Shown piece after piece: positions 38,141 through 47,365 of a stretch of 64,000 nucleotides of DNA (within the stretch, counting starts at the first letter, position 1; every line of letters begins with the position of its first letter). Under the pieces are notes generated by a model. It was not told where the DNA came from. It saw only the letters and a program-made list of their open reading frames with translations, and searched no databases. The DNA is from a virus. The stretch lies in the UHGV virus genome UHGV-0277313; one strand, 5' to 3'. Made by a program: the position numbers and the translations under genes.

Positions 38141-39043
38141 TTACTGTTTATCGATTTGATGTTGTTTAAGATATTCACGAATTTCATCATCAAACGCAAA
38201 AGACAGTGCTGTTTTATTTTCATCAGAAACAGCATCAACATCAGCACCTTTTTCAACTAGCAATTTGACAGTATCAAAATCATTATGAAGTGTCGCATTC
38301 ATCAATGCCGTCATCCCTGTAGATGAACGAGCATTAACGTCAGCACCGTTTTCTAATAACATCTTAATGATATCTATAGAGTCTTGACGGCAAGCAAAGA
38401 TTAAAGGAGTGTCGCCTTCCCAATCTGTATTATCAATATCAGCACCAAGTTCTATAGCTTTTTGTGCAAGTTCAAGTTTATTGAGAATGCAGCTTCCAGT
38501 TAAAAGACGATTCGGGTCTTTAATTTCCGCATTGTGTTTGATTAATGTTTCAATAATATCATAAGCGTATTCGTATGCACCTTCTGATAACAGAACGTCA
38601 GCAGTTGTCATTCCGTTTATATTAGTAATGTTTGTATCAGCACCATGTTCTAATAACCAATTTATAGTTTCAATATCACCATAACCGAGACATGTGATAT
38701 ATAAAATTGTTTCGCCGCTTTTATTTTTAAAATTTAAATCAGCCCCGTGTTCATATAATAATTGAGCAACTTCAAGATTGTCAAGATAGATAGCACGAAA
38801 CAAAGGAGTTTCACCAAATTGGTCTGTCATGTTGACATCAACTTGAGGGTTATCTTCCAGAAGTTGTTTAATTGTTTCGAAGTCATTTGAGAACAGTTTG
38901 ATTTTCGTATCATCTGTTTCATCTTCTTCAATCATTTTTATAACCATTTCTTTTAGTTTGTATTTAACTGAACGTTTAAAAGATTCGAGTTTTAAATTTT
39001 CATCATTCATGTATTTAGTCCTTGTGTCAATAAAACGATGCAA
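38141..39043 (-). CDS. ankyrin-repeat protein (about 7 repeats)
   Basis: Repeated G-TPL--A------V--LL--GAD-N motifs, e.g. GETPLFRAIYLDNLEVAQLLYEHGADLNFKN and GDTPLIFACRQDSIDIIKMLLENGADVNAR. Confidence 0.85.
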   Translation of the reverse strand: MHRFIDTRTKYMNDENLKLESFKRSVKYKLKEMVIKMIEEDETDDTKIKLFSNDFETIKQLLEDNPQVDVNMTDQFGETPLFRAIYLDNLEVAQLLYEHGADLNFKNKSGETILYITCLGYGDIETINWLLEHGADTNITNINGMTTADVLLSEGAYEYAYDIIETLIKHNAEIKDPNRLLTGSCILNKLELAQKAIELGADIDNTDWEGDTPLIFACRQDSIDIIKMLLENGADVNARSSTGMTALMNATLHNDFDTVKLLVEKGADVDAVSDENKTALSFAFDDEIREYLKQHQIDKQ

Positions 39044-39530
39044 CTTTTGGTGATAGTGTTTTTAAGTATTTTGGTTCGACAATGTCTAGCATGTTTACTT
39101 TTTTAAGTAAGCTATACGGAGATGACCAAATATTTTCTTGACTATATAAATCAGCACCATGACGAAGCAAATAATTTATTTTATCTTTTTCATCATCAAT
39201 ATCTTCTTGTGTTGTGTGACTATCTAAACTATCAACAAAATTTTTTGTAATCATCTGTAAGACTTTATTCATTCGTTCATTATCAAAATAAACTTTATAA
39301 TGATCAAGAATCAAATCAGCAACGTCAAAAGCTTTACTTTCAAAACAAATAGCAAATGCGATTCGACTATCAATTCCTAAATCTTTAGGATGCTGTTCTT
39401 CAAAAGATTTAATTTCATCAACAGTCATTGTTTCGACAGTTGCATATTCACGTTCAACAAGTTGTGTTAATTTGTTATTGATGACTGTTTTAAAGCTTTC
39501 GATTAAAGTTTCTTTGTTCAACATTGACAA
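39027..39530 (-). CDS. hypothetical protein with a C-terminal ankyrin-like segment (LLRHGADLYSQ)
   Basis: Minus-strand ORF co-oriented with the ankyrin gene. Confidence 0.55.
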   Translation of the reverse strand: MSMLNKETLIESFKTVINNKLTQLVEREYATVETMTVDEIKSFEEQHPKDLGIDSRIAFAICFESKAFDVADLILDHYKVYFDNERMNKVLQMITKNFVDSLDSHTTQEDIDDEKDKINYLLRHGADLYSQENIWSSPYSLLKKVNMLDIVEPKYLKTLSPKVASFY

Positions 39531-39591
39531 CCTGATATTTATATGTTAAGTTAATTATCTTAAAGAACGGTTGTTTTGAAAGATGATTTAG

Positions 39592-39942
39592 ATGTCTAAA
39601 ATAAAAAATATCACAAAACTAATGCTGAATAGTTTTTTAATAAATGATTGGTTTTTCAATTTAACATCTGAACAACAAAATAAAATGTTGGGTTTATTGA
39701 AGAGAGTTGTTAAAAATGATTATAATTTAGATATTGAAATCAAGGGTGTTATTTCACAAACCTTTTTCATTAGCTCAATTTGTTTTACAATAAAATTAAA
39801 CAATGGTGAACAATTGGAAATCTATGTTTCTGACGAAATTGACAACTATAAAGATAAACTAGATTGTATCTGTTTAAAAAGAGTTAAAGACAATGAGTTC
39901 AATGTTGCAGAAATTGGTGAATCAGTGTTAAAAGAGTTGTGA
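39592..39942 (+). CDS. hypothetical protein, C-terminal-motif family (ends IGESVLKEL)
   Basis: ORF. Confidence 0.55.
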   Translation: MSKIKNITKLMLNSFLINDWFFNLTSEQQNKMLGLLKRVVKNDYNLDIEIKGVISQTFFISSICFTIKLNNGEQLEIYVSDEIDNYKDKLDCICLKRVKDNEFNVAEIGESVLKEL

Positions 39943-39943
39943 T

Positions 39944-40279
39944 ATGATTGATTTTGATAAGTTAACAAAAGAACAGTTATACGAATTCATTGATGTTTTT
40001 GATGAATTGATTTTAAAAGAATACGGTTGGTGTCGAGCGTATGATAAAGAAGCGTTTTTGGAAGATTTGCTAGAAACAATTCACAAGGTTGATAACGTCT
40101 ATTGTTTTTATGTGGATGTTAAAAGAAAGGGTGGCAAGAAACGCAATTCAAGATTTTTCTATTTTGATACATTATTTTTTGAGAGCAAATGTAAATTTCA
40201 CAAAATGAAATTGAAACGTGTTGATGAAACAACATTCATGTTAGCAGATGTTGGTTATGAATTGTTAAGAAATATTTAA
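39944..40279 (+). CDS. hypothetical protein, C-terminal-motif family (ends VGYELLRNI)
   Basis: ORF. Confidence 0.55.
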   Translation: MIDFDKLTKEQLYEFIDVFDELILKEYGWCRAYDKEAFLEDLLETIHKVDNVYCFYVDVKRKGGKKRNSRFFYFDTLFFESKCKFHKMKLKRVDETTFMLADVGYELLRNI

Positions 40280-40287
40280 GTAGGAAG

Positions 40288-40662
40288 ATGTACATGCAAT
40301 TACAGGTAGGTATTGGTTTAGATAGTGTTGTTAAAAAGTCACAAGAGTTAGTTGAACAATCATCACCTTTATATATTGATGACAATGGAGTCAAGAGGTT
40401 AGTATTAGGTGTTCATACAAGGATTGATTCCGGTTTAATTTTTGATGATGATTACTATTATATTGATGTTGCAACAAAGATAGTTGACGAAGATTATTTT
40501 CAAACAAAAGCAACAATCCGTGTAGCTGTTGATAAAAAAGTTATCGATGCAATAAAAGACGTAAAACAATATAAAGCAAAATTTGTTAATAGAAATGTTT
40601 CAATATGTAATAACGTTCTAGAAATCGTGGAATTAGGTGAACGTGTTTTACAAAGGATTTAG
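40288..40662 (+). CDS. hypothetical protein, C-terminal-motif family (ends LGERVLQRI)
   Basis: ORF. Confidence 0.55.
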   Translation: MYMQLQVGIGLDSVVKKSQELVEQSSPLYIDDNGVKRLVLGVHTRIDSGLIFDDDYYYIDVATKIVDEDYFQTKATIRVAVDKKVIDAIKDVKQYKAKFVNRNVSICNNVLEIVELGERVLQRI

Positions 40663-40667
40663 ATATC

Positions 40668-41060
40668 ATGTTAATGAAGCTTCCAAAAAATTCACAAGTA
40701 ATGAAAAATGCAAGAAACTTATTTAAAGCAGCTAAAGGTTTACAAGTTGAAGTACCCGAAAATAAAGCGTTTGTTATTACAGAAATGGTTGATTCAACTA
40801 TAGTTTATAAAATGGATGCAAACGGTTGTGAATATTTAGGGTTCAGTGTTAAATCGTTATATTTTTATTTAGGTATATTGAACGGAGAACATCCAATTAT
40901 TATTAATACGATTTGGTGTTTGCGTAGTTGGATTGAACAAACATCAGATTTTAAAAAGGAAAATCTTGAATTCTTTCAATTTGATGGAACAGGTAATCTA
41001 TATGGTAAATTAATTATTCAAGATAAATCAATTGGACAAATGCTATTAAACAATGTTTAG
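40668..41060 (+). CDS. hypothetical protein, C-terminal-motif family (ends IGQMLLNNV)
   Basis: ORF. Confidence 0.55.
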   Translation: MLMKLPKNSQVMKNARNLFKAAKGLQVEVPENKAFVITEMVDSTIVYKMDANGCEYLGFSVKSLYFYLGILNGEHPIIINTIWCLRSWIEQTSDFKKENLEFFQFDGTGNLYGKLIIQDKSIGQMLLNNV

Positions 41061-41063
41061 CTA

Positions 41064-41092
41064 TTGACATTTTTGAAATTTTATTATAATAT
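41064..41092 (+). promoter_or_regulatory. sigma70-type promoter (consensus TTGACA ... TATAAT)
   Basis: cTATTGACAtttttgaaattttatTATAATATaaa. Confidence 0.55.
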
Positions 41093-41120
41093 AAAAATCT
41101 AATTGATTAAGGACACGCTA

Positions 41121-43391
41121 ATGAAATATCTAATTTTGCTTCGGGGTCTTCCTGGTTCTGGTAAAAGTTATTGGATAAAAGAAAACAAATTAGAAGATTA
41201 TACTATTTCTTCTGATAATGTTCGTTTGTTGTTTGCAACACCGTCTATTCCTTTTCAGGCTTGTTATAAGGATAGAGGAATTTCACAAAAGAATGACAAA
41301 GAGGTTTGGGATTTAATACATTCTTTAGTTGAACGTCGTTTAATGGAAGGCATGACAACTATCGTTGATGCAACACATTTGACTGTTAAGTCTATTAATT
41401 ATTACAAAAGCTTTTGTGCAAGTAATAATGTACGTTGTATCGTATTGGATTTTAATGTTAGCCTGGAAAGTGCTATTAACAATGATTTGTTAAGAAAAGG
41501 CACTTGTCGTTATGTAGGTTGTCAGATCATTAAAATAATGAATGACAAAAAAGAAGATGTGCCTAAATGGGTTGATTATACAACTGATAAAGAGCATGTT
41601 GTCAAGCTGTTTAATGACTGTATAGACGCGGTTGATTACAATGAGAAGTATGATAGCGTTGTAATCTTCGGTGATTTGCATGGTTGTTATGAACCTTTAA
41701 AACAGTGGTTTGACAAACATCCTGTTAACGACAAAACGAAATATATCTTTTGTGGTGATTATGAAGATAGAGGTATTCAACATAAAGAGTTGTTTGATTT
41801 TCTTTTAGAACATCGCAAAGATTTTAATTTCAAATTCTTAAAAGGCAATCATTCTTGTCGTTTGTTACAGATAGCTGAACGTGATAAAGATTCTATTCGT
41901 TATCCGGAATACTATAATACGTTTGAACAAATGAAAGATTTTGATCCTATTGAACTGAAAAAGTTTGTTCGGGATCAAGATGATATGGTTTACTTTACAT
42001 TTCGTAATAAAAACTTTTGTGTATCACATGGTGGTATTAGTTGTCTTCCGACTTTAAAGTTGAATAGTAGTGAATACATAAAAGGTCACGGAACATATCA
42101 AATGTCAAATGATGTGGATAATGATTTTATGTTCAATTCTTCTATTGAAGGTGATAACATTTATCAGGTACATGGTCATCGCAACGTTACAAATAGTGAT
42201 ATTCAAGTATGTGATCGTTGTTTTAATTTGGAAGGAGGAGTTGAGTTCGGTGGTGAATTACGAATTCTTCAGATTGATAGTGAAGGTAAATGTATACTGG
42301 ATTCTATTAGAAATACTGTTTTTAAAGAATTGACGGAAGGTTCGAAGATTGTCAATGAGTTTAAGTATTCTTCATTGATTAGAAAGTCGCAAAACCCAAA
42401 CGGTATTAGTTCTTATAACTTTAATCGAGACGCTTTTTTTGATAAAAAGTGGAATAGCTTGACGTGTACCGCAAGGGGCTTGTTTGTATATGATGATACA
42501 GATAAAGTTGCAGCAAGGTCTTTTAACAAATTCTTTAATTTGAATGAAACTAGTACTTCGAAATTAGATTATATTGTGAAGAATTGGTGTGGCGTCACGA
42601 ATGTTTATAAAAAGGAAAACGGATATTTAGGTATCATTTCTGTTGATGTTCGTGATAACAGTTTCATTTTAGCATCGAAAAGTCGTACTGATAAAGAGTT
42701 CGCAACGAATATTAGTAGAATCTTTAATGAAAAATTGTCAGAAGAACAACAGAACAATTTGAAGAAATGGTTATTGAAGGATGTGGATAAACATCAAGGT
42801 AATGCATATTCTTTAGTTGTTGAAGTAATTGATCCAATTAACGATCCGCATTTTGTTCAATATGATAAAGATGATATTGTTGTTTTGGATGCATTCGTTA
42901 ATGACTTTAATGAAAAAACTGTTTCATATGATGAACTGATTTCATTACATGACTTAACAGGTTTGACAATAAAAGAAAAGATTTGTGAGACGTGTGATCT
43001 AAAGACAACAATTCATGAACTTTGTAATACCAAAGATCATATCGAAGGATTTGTTTTAGAAGGGCATGATTATAATGGCAAGACTGTTCGTGTGAAGATT
43101 AAAACAAAATGGTACTTGATGTGGAAGAAGTTCAGATCAACAGGTGATTTCGATGAACGATTCGACATTAAAGATTTTTTGACAGTTGAACAACAAAAAT
43201 ACGCCAAACAAATCTATAGCCGAACAAAACAATTGATCGATTTACGTAATGGAGATACAGTTAGTACTGATGGTTCAATAAATGTAAATGATGAAATTGA
43301 CAATTATGTTATGTTTATTTATAGAGATTTGATTGGTGATTCGCGGATTAATATACCGAAAATTATACAATCTGTTGAAAATGTGAAATAG
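41121..43391 (+). CDS. polynucleotide kinase / metallophosphatase / ligase-like RNA-repair enzyme (CthPnkp-like)
   Basis: P-loop LLRGLPGSGKSYW; calcineurin-type phosphatase motifs VVIFGDLHGCYEPL, FCGDYEDRG, KGNHS; ligase-like motif I YKKENGY in the C-terminal third. Confidence 0.7.
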   Translation: MKYLILLRGLPGSGKSYWIKENKLEDYTISSDNVRLLFATPSIPFQACYKDRGISQKNDKEVWDLIHSLVERRLMEGMTTIVDATHLTVKSINYYKSFCASNNVRCIVLDFNVSLESAINNDLLRKGTCRYVGCQIIKIMNDKKEDVPKWVDYTTDKEHVVKLFNDCIDAVDYNEKYDSVVIFGDLHGCYEPLKQWFDKHPVNDKTKYIFCGDYEDRGIQHKELFDFLLEHRKDFNFKFLKGNHSCRLLQIAERDKDSIRYPEYYNTFEQMKDFDPIELKKFVRDQDDMVYFTFRNKNFCVSHGGISCLPTLKLNSSEYIKGHGTYQMSNDVDNDFMFNSSIEGDNIYQVHGHRNVTNSDIQVCDRCFNLEGGVEFGGELRILQIDSEGKCILDSIRNTVFKELTEGSKIVNEFKYSSLIRKSQNPNGISSYNFNRDAFFDKKWNSLTCTARGLFVYDDTDKVAARSFNKFFNLNETSTSKLDYIVKNWCGVTNVYKKENGYLGIISVDVRDNSFILASKSRTDKEFATNISRIFNEKLSEEQQNNLKKWLLKDVDKHQGNAYSLVVEVIDPINDPHFVQYDKDDIVVLDAFVNDFNEKTVSYDELISLHDLTGLTIKEKICETCDLKTTIHELCNTKDHIEGFVLEGHDYNGKTVRVKIKTKWYLMWKKFRSTGDFDERFDIKDFLTVEQQKYAKQIYSRTKQLIDLRNGDTVSTDGSINVNDEIDNYVMFIYRDLIGDSRINIPKIIQSVENVK

Positions 43392-43397
43392 TTCGAT

Positions 43398-43430
43398 AAA
43401 GGCGAGATTAAATATCTTGCCTTTATTTTT
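43398..43430 (+). terminator. rho-independent terminator
   Basis: AAAGGCGAGAT-loop-ATCTTGCCTTTATTTTTAT. Confidence 0.6.
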
Positions 43431-43498
43431 ATAAAATAGTTATTGACAAATCCTTTTGTTTCGTATATCTTGTAGTAAATTAAATGAAAGGAGTTGGA

Positions 43499-43696
43499 AT
43501 GATATCTATTTTTTGTATGTTTGTTGGATTCTTATTGAATGCATTTGGTTTTAATGCGATTGAGAACACGACAGCAATCTTGCTAGCTTTTTTGTCTGAA
43601 TTGACTTTTGAGATTGCAAGTTTGGCAATTTATGCTATAATCAAAGGTGATTTTGAAATGAATAAACCTGATGGTTTTTTCGAACCAATATATTGA
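43499..43696 (+). CDS. small membrane protein
   Basis: ATG 43499 after AAAGGAG; 2 TM segments. Confidence 0.5.
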   Translation: MISIFCMFVGFLLNAFGFNAIENTTAILLAFLSELTFEIASLAIYAIIKGDFEMNKPDGFFEPIY

Positions 43697-43707
43697 TAGG
43701 AGACAAA

Positions 43708-44235
43708 ATGTATACAAACCTATTGCGTTTACACCTGATCCAGCAGATAATTTTAATGAGTGCTGTAAATGATACGGAATATTTTTCCAAACTGTTGAAA
43801 GATTATAACGAAGAATATTTGCTGTTGTTTTATCGTAAGCTTCAAAATATAGCAGTAGAAGAATATCGAAAAGATTTCTTAATTAAGTTTTTAAAAGAAT
43901 CTATTTCTTCTGATAAAATAGACACCAGGGTTTTAGAAGATTTAATGGATGCATATATATTGGATCTTTCTAAAAAGGAACAACCTGAGATTAAAAGAGA
44001 TAATCAGTGCCAATGTTTCACATGTCGTAATAAAGATAATATTGACGCATTGATTGCATATTATACAGGTTGTTATGACACATTAAAAGAAGTTATTGAG
44101 TTGACAGAAGAATGTCAATATGGTAATAAACTAAATAAAGATTTAGCATTTAAATCTTTATTGGCAAAACTGAATTACGAACGTTATTGTAATGGTGTTT
44201 TGTTGGAAGAAGTTGAGTTGAAAAAGAAAGGTTAA
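43708..44235 (+). CDS. hypothetical protein
   Basis: ATG after TAGGAGACAAA. Confidence 0.5.
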   Translation: MYTNLLRLHLIQQIILMSAVNDTEYFSKLLKDYNEEYLLLFYRKLQNIAVEEYRKDFLIKFLKESISSDKIDTRVLEDLMDAYILDLSKKEQPEIKRDNQCQCFTCRNKDNIDALIAYYTGCYDTLKEVIELTEECQYGNKLNKDLAFKSLLAKLNYERYCNGVLLEEVELKKKG

Positions 44236-44242
44236 GAAATTT

Positions 44243-45538
44243 ATGGTTGATAAAGTTTGTAAATTGTCAAGCGGTGCAACGTTCCTGTATAATCAGCAAG
44301 AAGATGATTTGGCATCTTTTGCTATCTTGTTTGATGTAGGTTCGATTGATGAACAGGAAAATGAGAAAAAAGGTATTGCACATTGCCTAGAACATATGAT
44401 GTTCAAAGGAACTAAAACAAAAACATCAGCTGAATTTCTTGATTTGATGGATAAGTTGGGTGTTGAATCAAACGCGTTTACTTCGTTTGATGTAACTTGT
44501 TATCATGGAACGTTTCATAATGATGATACAAATGATGTCATTAATCTATTCGGTGAAATGATTACAGAACCCCGTTTTGATTATAAAGATTTGGAATTAG
44601 AAAAAGGTGTAATTCATCAAGAAATCATTATGGGTGAAAACGATCCGCAAAGCCGTGCACAACAGTATGGTTTGGAAAACATTTTTAAAGACACACCTTT
44701 TGCAAGGCCTGTTATTGGTTATTGGAAAGATGTGAATTCTATTACACCTGATGATTTGCGTTCATTTATGTACAATCATTATACACCGTCTAATTGCATT
44801 ATTGCCTATTCAGGAAAAACGTCTTTTAATGATGTTAGAAAAATTGTAGAAGACTTTACAAAAAAATTATCTAATAATACTGTTAGATTTGAACGTAAAG
44901 ATGTTAAAGTTAATTTAGGTGCTGAGACTGTCATTATCGAAGATAAAGAGACTAAACAGAATACTATTATGATTGGCGGTGCTTTATATAATAGTAATAC
45001 AGTTGATGGTGTAGCTTGCATTCTTGCTAAAGCTGTTCTTTCTGGCGGTCTGGCAAGTCGTTTGGTTAAACGAATCCGTGAAGAATTAGGCTTGTGTTAT
45101 TACATTGGAATTACAAACGTTCCTTCTATGAAAGATTTTGTATGTCCTTTAATCGTTTGTATTACTGATAAAGATACAAAAATGGTGGAAATGGAAATCA
45201 AAAAGGTTATTGCCAAAGCGATCAAAGAAGGTTTCGAAGATGAAGAAATCAAAACTGTAAAGAAACATGGCGAACTTGTTTGTATCAAATCAAATATTGA
45301 TCGTGATGATTATGCTGTAACAATGTGTACAAATTATCAAGGTACAGGTAAGTTGCCGTCACAGCTATTGAAAACTAAAGTGTCAAGGTTTAAGAAAGCA
45401 TCAAAGAAATCTGTTAATGAAGCAGTTGATAAGTTGTTTTGTGAAACAATTTCAGTTCATGTTGTCAAACCTATCAAAAAACAGAATGCTTTTAAACGGT
45501 TCTTCAAACTGGTGTTTGACAGATTGAATGAAGAATAA
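44243..45538 (+). CDS. M16-family (pitrilysin/insulinase-like) zinc peptidase
   Basis: Inverted zincin motif GIAHCLEHMMFKGT (HxxEH); 431 aa. Confidence 0.75.
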   Translation: MVDKVCKLSSGATFLYNQQEDDLASFAILFDVGSIDEQENEKKGIAHCLEHMMFKGTKTKTSAEFLDLMDKLGVESNAFTSFDVTCYHGTFHNDDTNDVINLFGEMITEPRFDYKDLELEKGVIHQEIIMGENDPQSRAQQYGLENIFKDTPFARPVIGYWKDVNSITPDDLRSFMYNHYTPSNCIIAYSGKTSFNDVRKIVEDFTKKLSNNTVRFERKDVKVNLGAETVIIEDKETKQNTIMIGGALYNSNTVDGVACILAKAVLSGGLASRLVKRIREELGLCYYIGITNVPSMKDFVCPLIVCITDKDTKMVEMEIKKVIAKAIKEGFEDEEIKTVKKHGELVCIKSNIDRDDYAVTMCTNYQGTGKLPSQLLKTKVSRFKKASKKSVNEAVDKLFCETISVHVVKPIKKQNAFKRFFKLVFDRLNEE

Positions 45539-45539
45539 C

Positions 45540-45728
45540 ATGACACATGAGTTTTATAGCATTCACGAGTCGGAATTGAAAAGTTTGGCATTGTTTATTT
45601 TAGTTACTCTTTTTATTATCTTTTGTCTTTTCGGTTTTTATAATTTAGGAAAGAATGAAGCGATAGAAGAGTTATGTCAAAAACAACATTACGACTTTTG
45701 TGTAAAAAGTAATAATCAACAATTGTAA
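45540..45728 (+). CDS. small membrane protein
   Basis: Hydrophobic LALFILVTLFIIFCLFGF. Confidence 0.45.
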   Translation: MTHEFYSIHESELKSLALFILVTLFIIFCLFGFYNLGKNEAIEELCQKQHYDFCVKSNNQQL

Positions 45729-45787
45729 TCAACGAATCACATGGCATCGTAACAGTGTCATGTGATTTATTTTCTAATAGGTGATTT

Positions 45788-46183
45788 ATGTTAGATATAG
45801 AATCTAAAGTATTGCGTTATGCAACCGCTCAAATTGATGACAGTGTTACATACACGGATTTTGAATTTACGAAAGAACAAAAACAGATTTTAAATGAATT
45901 AAAAACTTGTTCAGAATCTGAAAAAGAAAATTTGGTTGATAAGTTCAATGCGTCTTTAGAAGTTGAAAGCTTAAAAAGAGCTTATATGGAAAGATTAACA
46001 AAAACATATATTGAACAATTGAAAAAATGTTTAGAAATGCCAATAGATTTAGATTCAAAAGAAATGGTAGAATTTGTTAAAGAAGAAAGAAATTTACGAT
46101 TAACAGATTCAAATAAAAAGTTTGACAGTGAATTAATTTTAGAGCGTTATAAAAATTTCTTTAATAAAGATTTTCTGTCTTAA
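45788..46183 (+). CDS. hypothetical protein
   Basis: 131-aa ORF. Confidence 0.5.
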   Translation: MLDIESKVLRYATAQIDDSVTYTDFEFTKEQKQILNELKTCSESEKENLVDKFNASLEVESLKRAYMERLTKTYIEQLKKCLEMPIDLDSKEMVEFVKEERNLRLTDSNKKFDSELILERYKNFFNKDFLS

Positions 46184-46197
46184 AAGATTTATTCAAA

Positions 46198-46599
46198 ATG
46201 TTTAATGATAAAACGACATGTTCAGAGTTTAATTCTTATACAAAAGAGTTAATGATTCAATTATTATCTTTGAACAATGACAGACCTTTTAAAACGGAAG
46301 AAGAGTTAAAAAAGGCTTATTGTGATTTCAAAGACAGATTAGAAACTAAAAAGAATTTGCTACAAGTTTGTTCTGATGAAGAGTTAATTATGAATACGTT
46401 AATTCAGTATAATAAAGATTATGAATTAAAAGAATCTTCGGAAATAAGATGGGAAATTGATCGAATAAATTTACAATCTGAACCTTTATATACAACAACA
46501 ATTGAAGAGTTGGAACATTTCAAAAAAGAATTAGAGAAAAATCTTAACAAACCTATAAAACAAATTATTCAAAGTATGTTAGACATGGCGAACAAATAA
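46198..46599 (+). CDS. hypothetical protein
   Basis: 133-aa ORF. Confidence 0.5.
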   Translation: MFNDKTTCSEFNSYTKELMIQLLSLNNDRPFKTEEELKKAYCDFKDRLETKKNLLQVCSDEELIMNTLIQYNKDYELKESSEIRWEIDRINLQSEPLYTTTIEELEHFKKELEKNLNKPIKQIIQSMLDMANK

Positions 46600-46764
46600 A
46601 CTGTGTGGTATTTGTTTTTATCTTGAATACTAGATTCATTAATTTTTTTGTTTAAATCTGCTTTGTAAAATTTTTCATAAAAATAAATAACTTTTTGAAA
46701 ATTCCTATTGACTTTCTTATTCATATTATATACTATAAGAATATAAGATAAATGGAAACCTGAA

Positions 46765-47331
46765 ATGGTTAAAATTAAAAAGGAAAGAGAGAGAAAGAAG
46801 ATGAAAAGTATTTTGAGTGAAATTCCTGCACTGCGCATTTTTTACAAAGCTTCGTGTATTGATAAAGGGTTTATGTACGCATCGGATTCAGAAGTGTTGG
46901 GAAAAGCAAAAGATTCTTTCACTTTTTGGAAGAAAGTGGAAGATCCAGAAGGATTGTATATTTCCAATAAAGATGAAAATTCCTCTGTTGTTAAACTTGG
47001 AGATTTGGAAACGATTGAAGCTTGCCCTTTCTACAATAAAGAATTGATTCAAAAAGCTCGTAAAACTTTGGTTGATGTTTGGTTCGAGAATGCCAAAAAA
47101 GCTTATGAAGAAACTTTGGCTACTATAAAATCCGAAAAGAAAAAGAAAATGTTGGCTATCCCTGTTATTGAAACCTACATGGAAAAGGTGTTTACAATGA
47201 CAGATTATGATGTCTTTTTTAATTTGGAATTGAATGATTATTTTGTTTTTGAACAGAAGGAAAGCTTAATCGATTCGGAAAATGAAGGTCGAGAAATTCT
47301 TTTGAAGGTCGAGCAAAATGAAAACAATTGA
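46765..47331 (+). CDS. hypothetical protein (start may be ATG 46801)
   Basis: 188-aa ORF with TTGACT promoter-like sequence at 46706. Confidence 0.5.
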   Translation: MVKIKKERERKKMKSILSEIPALRIFYKASCIDKGFMYASDSEVLGKAKDSFTFWKKVEDPEGLYISNKDENSSVVKLGDLETIEACPFYNKELIQKARKTLVDVWFENAKKAYEETLATIKSEKKKKMLAIPVIETYMEKVFTMTDYDVFFNLELNDYFVFEQKESLIDSENEGREILLKVEQNENN

Positions 47332-47365
47332 TGATAACATAGATTACGAATTTAAAGAATGAATA

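Noticed and set aside
28959-41060. CRISPR-like array suggested by the periodic near-identical gene ends
   Set aside because: The repeated units are whole genes of 300-450 bp with protein-level conservation only. There are no short direct DNA repeats with unique spacers.
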